Shown piece by piece: positions 28,908 to 39,755 of a stretch of DNA of 64,000 nucleotides. The position numbers and the translations under genes are program-made. The notes below the pieces were generated by a model. The model saw only the letters and a list, made by a program, of their open reading frames with translations, ran no database searches and was not told where the DNA came from. The stretch's first letter is position 1; every line of letters starts with the position of its first letter. This DNA is from Candidatus Magasanikiibacteriota bacterium (GTDB taxonomy: Bacteria; Patescibacteriota; Patescibacteriia; Magasanikbacterales; GWA2-37-8): assembly GCA_963840935.1 (NCBI GenBank), contig CAWJAS010000001.1, positions 579,834 to 643,833 on the forward strand, in the 5' to 3' direction.

Positions 28908-29817
28908 ACACACCAAATTCTTTTTTCAACTCACGAATCCCCTGTTCCAAACTAACTTCCGGTTTCCAATCAAGTAATTTTTTGGCAAGCGATATGTCGG
29001 CTTCCGTTTTTCTCGGGTCGCCGGCGCGCGGGTCAATATTCACCGTCGGACCGCCAATTAATTTCGCGAGTTCATTAACCGAACAACTCTCCCCACTCCC
29101 GATATTTATTACCTCGCCCTTACCTGCGGATTTACCCACCATGGCCATCAAATTTGCTTTGGCAATATCCGCCACATGCACGTAGTCCCTGTAATATTCC
29201 CCATCTCCGCAAATGGTCATTGGCTGATTGTTTTTTCTTTGGTCAATGAATTTACCCACAACAAGAGCATATGCCCCTTCAGGGTCAAAATATGGGCCAT
29301 AGACGTTAAAATAGCGCAGGCTGACAGTTTGCAACCCATAAGCTGAACTAAACAAGGCGCAGTATTGTTCGCCAATCTGCTTATGAAGCCCATAAGGACT
29401 CATTGGGTTTGGCAAAAAGGATTCTTTGACCGGAAATTTTTCTTGGTCGCCGTAAACCGCGGCCGATGAAGAAAACACCACGCGCTTAATATTATTTTCT
29501 TTGGCACAAACCAAAACATTCAAAGTACCGTTAACATTCGTATTGTGCGTTTCAATCGGTTGTTCCATTGAATACGAAACTCTGGGCAATGCCGCCAAAT
29601 GAAAAATACCATCAAAACCGCCGGCGCAAACTTTGTTTAATTTTTCAAAATCACAAATATCCAAATCAATATATTCGGCTTTTTCGTGCAAGCGTTCTTC
29701 TTTGCGCCCGCCCGCGTAATTATCCACCACCACAACTTCATGATTTTCACGAAGAAGTAATTTTACCAAATTAGCGCCGATAAAACCGGCTCCGCCGGTA
29801 ACTAAATATTTGCTCAT
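28906..29817 (-). CDS. NAD-dependent sugar-nucleotide epimerase (extended SDR)
   Basis: TGGAGFIG, FSSSAAVYG, YGLHK, LRYFNVYGP. Confidence 0.93.
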   Translation of the reverse strand: MSKYLVTGGAGFIGANLVKLLLRENHEVVVVDNYAGGRKEERLHEKAEYIDLDICDFEKLNKVCAGGFDGIFHLAALPRVSYSMEQPIETHNTNVNGTLNVLVCAKENNIKRVVFSSSAAVYGDQEKFPVKESFLPNPMSPYGLHKQIGEQYCALFSSAYGLQTVSLRYFNVYGPYFDPEGAYALVVGKFIDQRKNNQPMTICGDGEYYRDYVHVADIAKANLMAMVGKSAGKGEVINIGSGESCSVNELAKLIGGPTVNIDPRAGDPRKTEADISLAKKLLDWKPEVSLEQGIRELKKEFGV

Positions 29818-29822
29818 AAAAA

Positions 29823-31214
29823 TTATTTATTACCTTTAATAAAAGGACCGCCGACAGCTAAAATATCGTAACCGCGTTTCTGCAAATCCGTATACGCGTG
29901 TTGCGCCATGCGCCGACCATCGGCGATTAAATAAGGAGTCTGACAAACACTAATAATGATTTGATCGACCGTGCTGAATTGAGGCCAGTCGGTTAGAATA
30001 AAAGCCGCGTCTGAATCGCACAAGGCCTCTTTTTCATTTTTGCAGTAAATAATCCGTTTATCATTTTTTTCCGGCCAATATTTTTTTAAAAGATCCAACG
30101 CCACCGGATCAAAAACTCTCAATTCATCAACATTGTCATCTAATAATTTTTCCGCAATATGCACTGCTCCGGAATTACGCACATCGTTAGTATCTCTTTT
30201 GAACGACAATCCTAAAACGGCAATTTTCTTTCCTTTAACATCAAAGTCGGCATCATTTTTAACTCGTTGATAAAAATGTTCTCGTTGATAAATATTACCG
30301 GATAAAACCTGTTTAATTTGTTGTGAGTTGCTTCCGGCTTTTTCTAATTGAAAAGACAACGCGGCGGCGTCTTTTGTTAAACAACTTCCGCCGGCATATA
30401 TATTGTTATAAAATCCATAACTGCCAATTCTTTTGTCGGCCGTCACTATTTTTCTGATTTTTTCAAAATTTATTCCTTGAAACGACTCGCTTACCCTTCC
30501 AACCACATCAAAAGAAGTAACTAGCCGGCTCAATAATATAAAATTAGCCAATAATTTTCCGGCGGCCGCTTCTCTGGGGCCGGCTTCAATATAACTACCA
30601 CCGGATGAATAATAAAAACGCTGATAAACTTGCTTCATCACTGAAAAATCTTCTTCTCTCAGCGCACCTATCACTGTTCTGTCGGGACTAAAGGAGTCGT
30701 GAATAGCCTGTCCTTCAACCAAAAATTCCGGATTTGAAACAACGCCAAAATTCGTCACTCCGGCCTCAGACAATTTTTGCTCCGCGACCTCCGCCATCTC
30801 AATCGGTACGGTGCTTTTATTGACGACAACGATACGTTTCTCTTGCTTGCCATTGTTCCTCTTGACCAGTCCGGTTGCCAAAGAGTTCAACGCTTCAAAA
30901 TAAATATCCAATTTGTAATTTCCATCTTCTCCAATCGGAGTAGGCACGCAAATAAACACGACATCAGCATCATCAAATGCTTTTTCAACTGTTTGATAAT
31001 CTGCGGTAAAGCTGATATTCTCTCTATTTTGCACCACTAAACTGCCCAAATCTTGTTCAAATAATTCTTGCTCTATTAAGTCGCGATTATAGGTATTAAA
31101 TATATTGATTCTTTTTTCATTTACATCGTATACCAAAACATCGTGACCGAATTTCGCCATCACCGCCGATGAACATGCCCCTACAAAACCGGCACCTATA
31201 TATATAAGCTTCAT
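29823..31214 (-). CDS. ugd: UDP-glucose/GDP-mannose dehydrogenase family protein
   Basis: GAGFVG, CVPTP, NKSTVP, SNPEFL, GGSCLTKD, GLSFK..D.RNS. Confidence 0.9.
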   Translation of the reverse strand: MKLIYIGAGFVGACSSAVMAKFGHDVLVYDVNEKRINIFNTYNRDLIEQELFEQDLGSLVVQNRENISFTADYQTVEKAFDDADVVFICVPTPIGEDGNYKLDIYFEALNSLATGLVKRNNGKQEKRIVVVNKSTVPIEMAEVAEQKLSEAGVTNFGVVSNPEFLVEGQAIHDSFSPDRTVIGALREEDFSVMKQVYQRFYYSSGGSYIEAGPREAAAGKLLANFILLSRLVTSFDVVGRVSESFQGINFEKIRKIVTADKRIGSYGFYNNIYAGGSCLTKDAAALSFQLEKAGSNSQQIKQVLSGNIYQREHFYQRVKNDADFDVKGKKIAVLGLSFKRDTNDVRNSGAVHIAEKLLDDNVDELRVFDPVALDLLKKYWPEKNDKRIIYCKNEKEALCDSDAAFILTDWPQFSTVDQIIISVCQTPYLIADGRRMAQHAYTDLQKRGYDILAVGGPFIKGNK

Positions 31215-31404
31215 ATTTTAGATATTTTATACAGTTCTTCGACTGAGACAAGCATCTATTGGCCAGCGAAAATTTTGTGATAATTTGGCGCGCCCCATTC
31301 TCACCCAAACGAAGCCGTAAACTATTATCTTGAACTTATAATATCAAAGACGTTTGAAAATAGACCAATAAACCAGCCCCACCGGTCACTAATATTTTTT
31401 TCAT
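31214..31404 (-). pseudogene. Fused remnants: SDR epimerase N-terminus plus GT4-like C-terminus
   Basis: ATG 31404 gives MKKILVTGGAG then a stop after 22 codons; downstream DNA reads LRLGENGARQIITKFSL. Confidence 0.6.
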
Positions 31405-32491
31405 ATATTTTTATAAATATTTTCTATTTGATTTAACATTTTTTCCAAAGAAAATTTTTCAACAACATCGTCTTCCGTTCCCCATTTCAATCGTATTTTC
31501 GCAATTTTAATACAGCTTCTTTAATTTGTCCAACCTGATTTTTAACCAAAATTCCGTTTTGTTCATTCACCGCTTCACTAACTCCCCCGACATCACTGGC
31601 TATTATCGGCAAACCAGCGGACATGGCTTCCAAAATTGTATATGGGAAACCTTCCCAAGCGGAAATGAAAACAAAAATATCTGCTAATCTTAGTTGGGCC
31701 ATGGCTTCGACTTTTGGCAATGCGCCCAAAAATTCAACATCAATATTTTTTTCTTTGGCTAAATTTTCTAAACCGGTCTTCTTTGGTCCATCACCAACAA
31801 TTGTGAACTTTGTTTTATTTTTTATTTCTTCTGGCAAACCGGCAATGGCCTCAATCGTTAATTCCGGTTTTTTCGGTTCGGCCAATCGGCCAATAAATAC
31901 CAAACCGATTTTTGATTTTTGTCCGCCGGCTGGCGGATTAATTTTAGAATCATCCATAACCGATACCGTCGAAACGCCATTATAAATTACTTTAAACTTA
32001 TTTTCTGGCGCCAAACCATATTTTAATCCCAATTTTTTTACAAACTCTGCCACGCAAATATATGTGTCGGTATATTTGGCGCAAAGCTTTTCCAGCCACA
32101 AAACCGGATATTTTACCCACGGCTTCATTCCAATATTGAATCCCCAACCATGCGCGGTGTAAATTGTGCGGAATTTTCCTTTAATCGCAAGACGTCCCAA
32201 AATTCCGGCAGATGAACTATGACAATGCACAATGTCCGGTGCGAATTCATCGGCGAGTTTCCTGGTTTCTTTTATGGCGTTGGACAATCTCCGCGGGCAT
32301 GGTTTATTAGAAAAATATTTATTATCAACAAAAGCAACACCGATTTTTTCACATTCGTTTTTGAGCCAGCCATCGCCCGAACTCATCACAATAATCTCGT
32401 TTCCTTTTTCTTTAAAATAACGGCAAAGATCGGCAACATGCGTTTGCGCGCCTCCGGCTTCCGATTTGGTAATAAGATAGAGAATTTTCAT
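31401..32491 (-). CDS. Glycosyltransferase family 4, C-terminus frameshifted
   Basis: GGAQ, HCHSS, TAHGW, EGFPYTILEAM; the terminal helix VVEKFSLEKMLNQIENIYKNI* lies in another frame, ending at 31401. Confidence 0.85.
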
Positions 32492-32494
32492 TTG

Positions 32495-33262
32495 TTAAAT
32501 TAATCGTAAATAGGCAAACATAATTCTAAAATATGCTTTTATAATTGCCAAACAATAATTGGGATAAGAGCCGTCATTGTATTGCCTTATTATTCTCAAA
32601 TGCTCTTTGGCGGAAAATGCCCTGTTTTTCCAAGTGGCGCTTGATAAATGCTTGCGGTAATTGATTAACACATCAGAAAAATTCATCAATTTACCCTTTT
32701 TCCCCATTCGCAAAATCAAGTCATAATCTTCTCCCAATTTATACTCTTTATAACCATCAATTTCAAGAACCGCTTTTCTCCTATACATTATTGAGGAATG
32801 AACAAATTGATTGCTGAATAATAATTTATTTCTGATTCTCTCGTCTGTTTGTTCAAAATTTATCTTTCCAATAACAGAGCCCGCCTGGTCTATTACCCCC
32901 GCCATACCGCCGACTAAAACATAATCTTTATTATTATCAAGAAAATCAACTTGTTTTTTTATTTTATCTTTATCAGTCCAAACATCATCACTATCAAGCA
33001 CGGCCATGTATTCACCTTCGCACAAAGATAGGGCGATTTTCCTGCTCTCGGCTATTCCTTTATTCCGGATTTGCGAGGAATATTTTATTGGCAAATTTTG
33101 ACCTGTATATTTTTTTATAATTTTATCGGTATTGTCCGTTGAGCCGTCATTCACAACAACAAGTTCCCAATCTGAAAAACTTTGAAACAAAACACTTTCA
33201 ATCGCTTGCGCGATGAATTTGTCTCTATTATAGGCAACCATTATTATACTTACTTTTGGCAT
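32495..33262 (-). CDS. Glycosyltransferase family 2
   Basis: VNDGSTD, LDSDD, EDYDL. Confidence 0.93.
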   Translation of the reverse strand: MPKVSIIMVAYNRDKFIAQAIESVLFQSFSDWELVVVNDGSTDNTDKIIKKYTGQNLPIKYSSQIRNKGIAESRKIALSLCEGEYMAVLDSDDVWTDKDKIKKQVDFLDNNKDYVLVGGMAGVIDQAGSVIGKINFEQTDERIRNKLLFSNQFVHSSIMYRRKAVLEIDGYKEYKLGEDYDLILRMGKKGKLMNFSDVLINYRKHLSSATWKNRAFSAKEHLRIIRQYNDGSYPNYCLAIIKAYFRIMFAYLRLI

Positions 33263-33263
33263 A

Positions 33264-34058
33264 TTATATTCTTAACCAATTTGATGGCACAATATCCATT
33301 TGTTTGGCTTTTTTATCATTGAACCATTTTTTTGGCGCAATCACAATTTTTTCGGAATTATCATTCAACCACGCCCCCCACCAACTAAAACTGCTATTGG
33401 CAATAATATTGTGTTTGCATTTGCTCATCAAAATTAATTCTTCAATATCTTCGATTTCAGGGCAAGAAACAAAAACAAATTCATTGCCTTTCAAATTTTC
33501 TTTCGCCCAGTGAATATCATCCGAAAAAACAAAAAAAATCGGATTATTTATTTTTTCTTTAATTATTCTCGTTGCTTCATTGTAATAATCCAAACCGCAA
33601 ACACCATGATAGGCGTTAATTTTTTTATTCGCCACATAATCCCCCCGCCTTATGTGCAACGAAACAGAATCGCTATTTTCTATTCTTTGCAAATATTCTT
33701 TTGCTGGCGCCGAAAAATCATTTTTTAAAGTAAATTCTTTTCTAATTTTATCGGCAATACCAATAAAATATTTTTCATTCTGATAATATTCATCAACAAA
33801 AAAACCCAACCGTCTTTTTATTTTATTCAAATAATTAATAAATAAATCTTTTTTGGTGATAAATTTACCAAACCTTGTTTTTGTTTGAATATTAAATTTA
33901 TTCAATTTAAAAATCCTGGCCGTATCAACAACGGGCTTCGCGCCGTCAAAAAAAGAAATATCAAAAGCAATTCGCTTCCCTGCAATTTCCAAATTTCTGC
34001 CATAGGCATATTGAAACATCTGGTTTCCGAGACCGCCTTTGATTTTGATAGCACGCAT
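33264..34058 (-). CDS. alpha-1,2-fucosyltransferase (GT11)
   Basis: GGLGNQMFQYA, HIRRGDY, FSDD, IIANSSFSWWGAWL. Confidence 0.95.
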   Translation of the reverse strand: MRAIKIKGGLGNQMFQYAYGRNLEIAGKRIAFDISFFDGAKPVVDTARIFKLNKFNIQTKTRFGKFITKKDLFINYLNKIKRRLGFFVDEYYQNEKYFIGIADKIRKEFTLKNDFSAPAKEYLQRIENSDSVSLHIRRGDYVANKKINAYHGVCGLDYYNEATRIIKEKINNPIFFVFSDDIHWAKENLKGNEFVFVSCPEIEDIEELILMSKCKHNIIANSSFSWWGAWLNDNSEKIVIAPKKWFNDKKAKQMDIVPSNWLRI

Positions 34059-34107
34059 AATATTATTTTATAAAAAATAAATAATATCTGTTTGCAAAAT
34101 TATAAAT

Positions 34108-34875
34108 TTACTTACAGTAATCATCGCTAATAATCAAATAATTGCAATACTGGAAATTTTCCAAATCTTGTATATATTTAACCTTTACCAACTTATCCGG
34201 TAATATCTTGAAAAATGAGAATGAATAATTGTTAAAATAATCAAATATATCCTTTAAAAATATTCCGGCATCGATGTATGTACCGCCATATTCCAACTGA
34301 ATTATATTAATATTTTTTTCTTTTAACATTCTTTCCGCGCCCTTCAATACTTCCATTTCATTGCCTTCAACATCGATTTTTAGAAAATCTATTTTTTCAA
34401 TTTTATTATCAAAACAATAATCATCTAATTTGTTTATTGCGACTTTTTCCGTAACAACTTTATTTTTATCAACCAATTCATCTCTCAAATACAAAGAATT
34501 AACCGTTGAATCATTGTCAAAAATATAAAATACCTTTTCCTCGTTCGCAGAGCCTAACCCAAAATTATTAAGCACAACATTTTTAGAATCAATATTTTGT
34601 TCCAATTTGCTAAAAGTTGAATGCCCGGGCTCAAAACAATGCACATGCGCATTCGGCACTATACCCAAAACCGTTTTTGTCCAATCACCCACATTTGCTC
34701 CAACGTCAAAAATTACATCATTTTCATTTAAATATTTTTTTAAGACAAACATCTCTCCGTTGGTGTCAATCTCGCAATTATTCTCTCCGCGGTGATCAAA
34801 AACCAAACGCTTTGCCACTCGATAAATAGAATTATTGCTGGATATTAAATAAAATAATTTTCTTAATATTTTCAT
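34108..34875 (-). CDS. FkbM family methyltransferase
   Basis: FDVGANVG, CFEP, LKIDVEGNE. Confidence 0.93.
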   Translation of the reverse strand: MKILRKLFYLISSNNSIYRVAKRLVFDHRGENNCEIDTNGEMFVLKKYLNENDVIFDVGANVGDWTKTVLGIVPNAHVHCFEPGHSTFSKLEQNIDSKNVVLNNFGLGSANEEKVFYIFDNDSTVNSLYLRDELVDKNKVVTEKVAINKLDDYCFDNKIEKIDFLKIDVEGNEMEVLKGAERMLKEKNINIIQLEYGGTYIDAGIFLKDIFDYFNNYSFSFFKILPDKLVKVKYIQDLENFQYCNYLIISDDYCK

Positions 34876-35801
34876 AACTTAATTAAATTGACAAAATTTT
34901 CGGCTACGCGACGATGTGAAAAATTTTCTATCACATATTGTCGAGGATTAAATTTTTCCAGATGTTCACTCATAAATAACCAATTATTTTGGAATTCATT
35001 AATGTCTTTAAAAAATATTCCGCAATCTTTCGTCAAATACGGCGCGCTAATTTTTTCATCTTTCCAAGAGATGCCATTATATTGCCAATAACCCCTATTC
35101 CAGACCAGCGTTGGAACATTTTTTTCCCACGCCTCCGCCAAAGCGAGGCCCTGGCTTTCAGACGGAGAAAAATAAATCATAAATTTTGCCTCGTCTAGCA
35201 AATCAAGATAAGTATCATGCCGATAATATCCATATTTTATTAAATCAACAGATACTTTTTTTTGAGCCAAAAAATGCCTAACATCTGATAATAATTTCTC
35301 ATCGCAATTTTTTGCATAGATTATGACTCGTTCTTTAGTTAATTTTTTTTGAGTTGTTTCATCTATGCCTGCCGGCCAAATCACAATTCTGTCGGATAAT
35401 TCCGGGTTCATATTAACCCATAGATTTTTTACCCAAAGAGACGGTACAATAATTACATCAATCGCTTTACCCATAATTATCCCATTTTTTTCGCTTGGAA
35501 CCACAACCATTACCGGGCCAACAATTAATTTTTTAATTTTTCCTTTCTTTTTTGCCTCTATCGCCCACTTCAAAGCTTCCAAGCTTCCATTGATATACAC
35601 AATATCATCGGGTTTAATTTCGTTCGCGCTAATATTAAATTTAAAATCAAAATTTAACTCTTTCAGTCCTTTTAATAAACTATCAACTACCACATCCGGT
35701 CCGCGCTTTTGCCCAAGCAAAAATTTGATAAAAGATTTAATATGTCTAATAAAATCTTTAAAATTTAATACAGGTGATTTTGTTAGAATTACTAAAGACA
35801 T
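34872..35801 (-). CDS. GT-B fold glycosyltransferase-like protein
   Basis: VPSLWV, WPAGID, SESQGLALAEA. Confidence 0.75.
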   Translation of the reverse strand: MSLVILTKSPVLNFKDFIRHIKSFIKFLLGQKRGPDVVVDSLLKGLKELNFDFKFNISANEIKPDDIVYINGSLEALKWAIEAKKKGKIKKLIVGPVMVVVPSEKNGIIMGKAIDVIIVPSLWVKNLWVNMNPELSDRIVIWPAGIDETTQKKLTKERVIIYAKNCDEKLLSDVRHFLAQKKVSVDLIKYGYYRHDTYLDLLDEAKFMIYFSPSESQGLALAEAWEKNVPTLVWNRGYWQYNGISWKDEKISAPYLTKDCGIFFKDINEFQNNWLFMSEHLEKFNPRQYVIENFSHRRVAENFVNLIKL

Positions 35802-35802
35802 A

Positions 35803-37038
35803 TCAATTTAATGCTTCATCAATCCATTTTTCAAATTTACCCATGTTGTTTTGAATTATAAACAACTCATCACCTTTTTCTTTTGCATGTTTGCCCATTT
35901 CAACAATTTTACCGTTATTTTTAGCTTCAATAAATTCTTTCATAAATTCCGCATATTGATTTAAATCATCAATTTTCGCGACGCGCGAGAAGGAATTATC
36001 CAAATATTCCAAATGAGCATTCCAAACGACAGATTTGTGCGAAATAATCGGCTTTCCGCACAACATTGATTCGGCAATATTTAAACCGCATGTTTCGCCA
36101 TCTTTGCGAAAGTGCCCCAAAACATCAATGGCATTATGGAAAGCCCATACATCTTTTTCCTCGGCAATCAAAGGTAAAAAATGCACATTCGGAATATTTT
36201 CTTCGCGCACAATTTGCTCTAATTTTGGCGATGGCGCCACAATCAAATAATGGGCGTTGGAATATTTTTTAACAACTTCTTTGAAGGCGTTTATGCCAAT
36301 CGGGTCAAAAATATTATCATCAGGCCGGCCAATACGACCAAAGATAAACTCATTTTCGTTAATACCCAACTTAATACGTAAATTACGACCGCGATTCAAC
36401 GGAATTTCCGATGGGCCTTCGCTTGGTACATACATAACTTCAACTTTATCACTTGTAATACATGGTCTAATCGTATTAGCCGTCAAACTTGAATTACATA
36501 CATGCTTAACGATGTTTTTCTGCACGGATACAGAGCCAAAAACATTAATAAATATTATCGGTAATTTAATAATATTTGCCGTTGGAAATTCCGGATAACC
36601 GGAACCCGCCGTGACAAATAAATCAATATTATAATCTTTTATCACATCAAAAATATGCGGTTTCATTCCGGTAATATAAAACGGTAATTTGTTTTCAACA
36701 CTTTCATAGTCAAAATCAATCAAATGAATGCCGGAATTTTCCAAATATCCCTTTCGTTCGCTATGATTTTTGGAAGAATACATGAAAAAAACTTCATATT
36801 TTTTCTTATCAAGATATTTAGCTAAAATTTGCAAATTTTTTTGTGTGCCAGCGTATGACAAGCCATTAATTTCGTAAAATAAAATTATTTTTTTATTATC
36901 ATTTGATAAATTATTATTATATTCACAGATTCCGCCACGACGGCGAGAAATATACAATCGATAAAAAGACAATAAAATCTTCGCTTTATTTAAAAAACAT
37001 GATGGAAATATTTTTTTTGCCAAACTTATTAAAGACAT
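35803..37038 (-). CDS. Glycosyltransferase family 4
   Basis: GRIGR, GETCGLNIAESMLCGKPII. Confidence 0.85.
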   Translation of the reverse strand: MSLISLAKKIFPSCFLNKAKILLSFYRLYISRRRGGICEYNNNLSNDNKKIILFYEINGLSYAGTQKNLQILAKYLDKKKYEVFFMYSSKNHSERKGYLENSGIHLIDFDYESVENKLPFYITGMKPHIFDVIKDYNIDLFVTAGSGYPEFPTANIIKLPIIFINVFGSVSVQKNIVKHVCNSSLTANTIRPCITSDKVEVMYVPSEGPSEIPLNRGRNLRIKLGINENEFIFGRIGRPDDNIFDPIGINAFKEVVKKYSNAHYLIVAPSPKLEQIVREENIPNVHFLPLIAEEKDVWAFHNAIDVLGHFRKDGETCGLNIAESMLCGKPIISHKSVVWNAHLEYLDNSFSRVAKIDDLNQYAEFMKEFIEAKNNGKIVEMGKHAKEKGDELFIIQNNMGKFEKWIDEALN

Positions 37039-37946
37039 AATCTATTAATTAATTGCATGTGTTTAGCCGGATCCAAACATAAATACATTTTTGCGCCTTC
37101 AATATCCCAATTTAAATCAACTTTTTTTAATTTATCATCAACTAAACAAAAAACCGCGTATCCAAGATCATTTCTTAACAAATTCAAAGTCGCGGAACTA
37201 TGAGCATTATTAAATACCTGCTTTCCATTTTGAGCATGGGCGATTATCTCCACAAATATTATTGGGCGCGACTTAGCTATAACTTCTTTACTCCCGCAAA
37301 GCATACTATATTCGGCCCCTTCAATATCAATTTTTATGAAATCCGGCAAATCCATATTATTCGCCATAATCAGACCATCCAATTTTTTGACAGCAACGTT
37401 TCTTTGGTTATCCACCGCAACATTCATAAATCCTTTCACTATTGTTGAACCGGTGCCGGATAGAAATATACTACTTTCGCCATCCTCATTGCTCAAAGCC
37501 ACGGGGATAACAGTGATCTTGTTTTCTAAATTATTTAATTTTAAACTTTCGCGCAATATATCAACGTGTTCTTTAACGGGTTCAAAGGAAAAAACTTTAA
37601 CTCTGCCACCACCAACCGTGGCTGTGAGTATTCCATAATAACCCGTGTTAGCACCAATATCATAAACCACGATATCATCTATATTTTCAAGCAAATAATT
37701 GATGATTTTAATTACCAATTCAGTTTCATTTTTTTCCACATAACCATTATTGGCAATGCCATTTGAAATATCGGCTTCGTTATAGATATCTCCAACATAC
37801 CAATAACCAAGGTCGGCCTTAACAGCAAAACGTGGCACACCACCATCCAACCTGTTAGAAACTATAACAAATTTCTTTCCAAATTTATTCAAAAATGAAT
37901 TGATTAATTTAACAAATAAATTTTTTATAATATTTTTAATATTCAT
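37029..37946 (-). CDS. FkbM family methyltransferase
   Basis: YDIGANTGYY, SFEP, IKIDIEGAE. Confidence 0.93.
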   Translation of the reverse strand: MNIKNIIKNLFVKLINSFLNKFGKKFVIVSNRLDGGVPRFAVKADLGYWYVGDIYNEADISNGIANNGYVEKNETELVIKIINYLLENIDDIVVYDIGANTGYYGILTATVGGGRVKVFSFEPVKEHVDILRESLKLNNLENKITVIPVALSNEDGESSIFLSGTGSTIVKGFMNVAVDNQRNVAVKKLDGLIMANNMDLPDFIKIDIEGAEYSMLCGSKEVIAKSRPIIFVEIIAHAQNGKQVFNNAHSSATLNLLRNDLGYAVFCLVDDKLKKVDLNWDIEGAKMYLCLDPAKHMQLINRLCL

Positions 37947-37973
37947 ATCCTTATTATTAATAGCACGTCATTA

Positions 37974-38720
37974 CTAGCGAAAAAAATTAAGTAACAATCT
38001 CATCCCATACTTGATGCGAGAAGGCACCCCACTTATTATCCATTGAATTTTTTTAACTCGCGTCATTTTGTAATCATTTTTTACTGCACTTTGACCAACG
38101 CATTCGCCAATTACACCATAACAATAATTATCTGCTAACACATCGTTAAATCTCAATTCCCAATTTGGTAAATGATACGCCCACCACTCTTTACTTCGAA
38201 TATGCCACAAATATTGCTGACGGTTTTTTCCATACGGTTCCCCAAAATATAATACAGAACCAAGTGGCGCATTGTTAATTAGTTTTAGGAATTGTAATAC
38301 AATTTTATCTGGAATGTGGGAAAGCACAGTTGCCGTAGTAAAAAAAACCGGCTTATCAATATTCACATTATTAAGCGCTTCAATCATGCCTGCATTAATG
38401 TGGGAAATATTATGGAATTGTTGAGTAATTTTTTTTGAGACATCCACACCGGCTTTTGAAGGTTCAACACCTATCACCTTTTCAAAAAGAGGCGCCGTCT
38501 TCAGCAATAACCAGCCACCACCAGATCCGATATCAATATGAGTTTTTACAGCCGCAGTGACTTCATTTGCTATTTTTTCAAAACCTAAATGTATAAATTG
38601 ATTGCGCCGATCATATTCAGCAAAACAATCTTGATGCCGTTCTAATGCGCCTTCTTTTTCAAATTCGAAATTATGCGCAAGATAGCTTTCATTATCATCT
38701 ATTAATTTAAATTTATTCAT
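37974..38720 (-). CDS. Class I SAM-dependent methyltransferase
   Basis: IDIGSGGG, GVEPS, TVLSHI. Confidence 0.8.
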   Translation of the reverse strand: MNKFKLIDDNESYLAHNFEFEKEGALERHQDCFAEYDRRNQFIHLGFEKIANEVTAAVKTHIDIGSGGGWLLLKTAPLFEKVIGVEPSKAGVDVSKKITQQFHNISHINAGMIEALNNVNIDKPVFFTTATVLSHIPDKIVLQFLKLINNAPLGSVLYFGEPYGKNRQQYLWHIRSKEWWAYHLPNWELRFNDVLADNYCYGVIGECVGQSAVKNDYKMTRVKKIQWIISGVPSRIKYGMRLLLNFFR

Positions 38721-38730
38721 AATTAGCAGT

Positions 38731-39755
38731 CTATTTTTTAAAAAATTTAAATATTTTATATATAATTGAATTATCAGAAATAAATCTCTGCATTGTAGAA
38801 TGATAAAATTTTTGAAAGATATTTCTCGGGTCTTTAATTTCTAAAATCCGGGATTTCTAATTTATGTCCTTTTTCAATTGCTGTTTGTCTTTTTTCTTCC
38901 CAATCAATATCCCAAATATCTAGCCATTTAAATTTATTCACGCCGTATTCTTTAAATTTTTTAAGACATTCCAAATCATACCAAAAAAAATTTTCTTTTT
39001 TAATTTGAAAGTTTTTAACTAAATTTCCATATTTATCCAAGCCATTCTTTTGATAATTTTGTTGTTTCAGGTTGCGATATGTTTTTTGTCTCAAAATACA
39101 TTCTATTAATTTTTATCGCTTTTTTAAGAGTACTTTGTTCCAAAAAATCAAATATTCTATATCTTCTTTGCTTGGAAAGCATCCTTTCAAAATCTAAAAA
39201 ATGAAAATGCAGTACTTTTATCTCATTATTTTTAACACTTTTTCGCATGTAGTCTTCCGGCATTCTTGGTTCGGAAGTTTTTTTATTTGAAAAATTTAAT
39301 TTGCCGTCATCGCGAAAAATAAAATGTTTGAAATTTGCCGACCATATGGAATTTTTTTCAACAATATGCGAATGGATGTCTTTTGATAGCATTATCCATT
39401 GTAAAATCATTGATTCGCCGGGCAATAAATTACAAACTTGACTATCAAAATTGATATTATTTAATACGTTTGCAGACAATATTTCATCTGCATCTAGCGC
39501 AATAATTATATTATCGGTTCCAAATAATTCTCTGGCTTTATTGAGCAGTATTTGCCGTGCATGAGATTGGTCTAGATTACTAAGTTCGTTTTTTACACAA
39601 ATGACTTTGTCAAATTTATTACAAATCATAGGCGTCGTGTCAGTCGAATTTTGATCGGCAACAATAATATTGTCCACCCATAAAGAAGCGCACTGCAAAG
39701 AAAATTCCAAAATCCAATCTTCGTTTTTAACCGGCATTACCAATATCTTTTTCAT
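38731..39755 (-). pseudogene. GT2 glycosyltransferase split by two +1 frameshifts
   Basis: PVKNE, ADQNSTD, LDADE; the frame is restored by removing one G near 39037 and one T near 38845, continuing to TAG at 38731. Confidence 0.75.
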
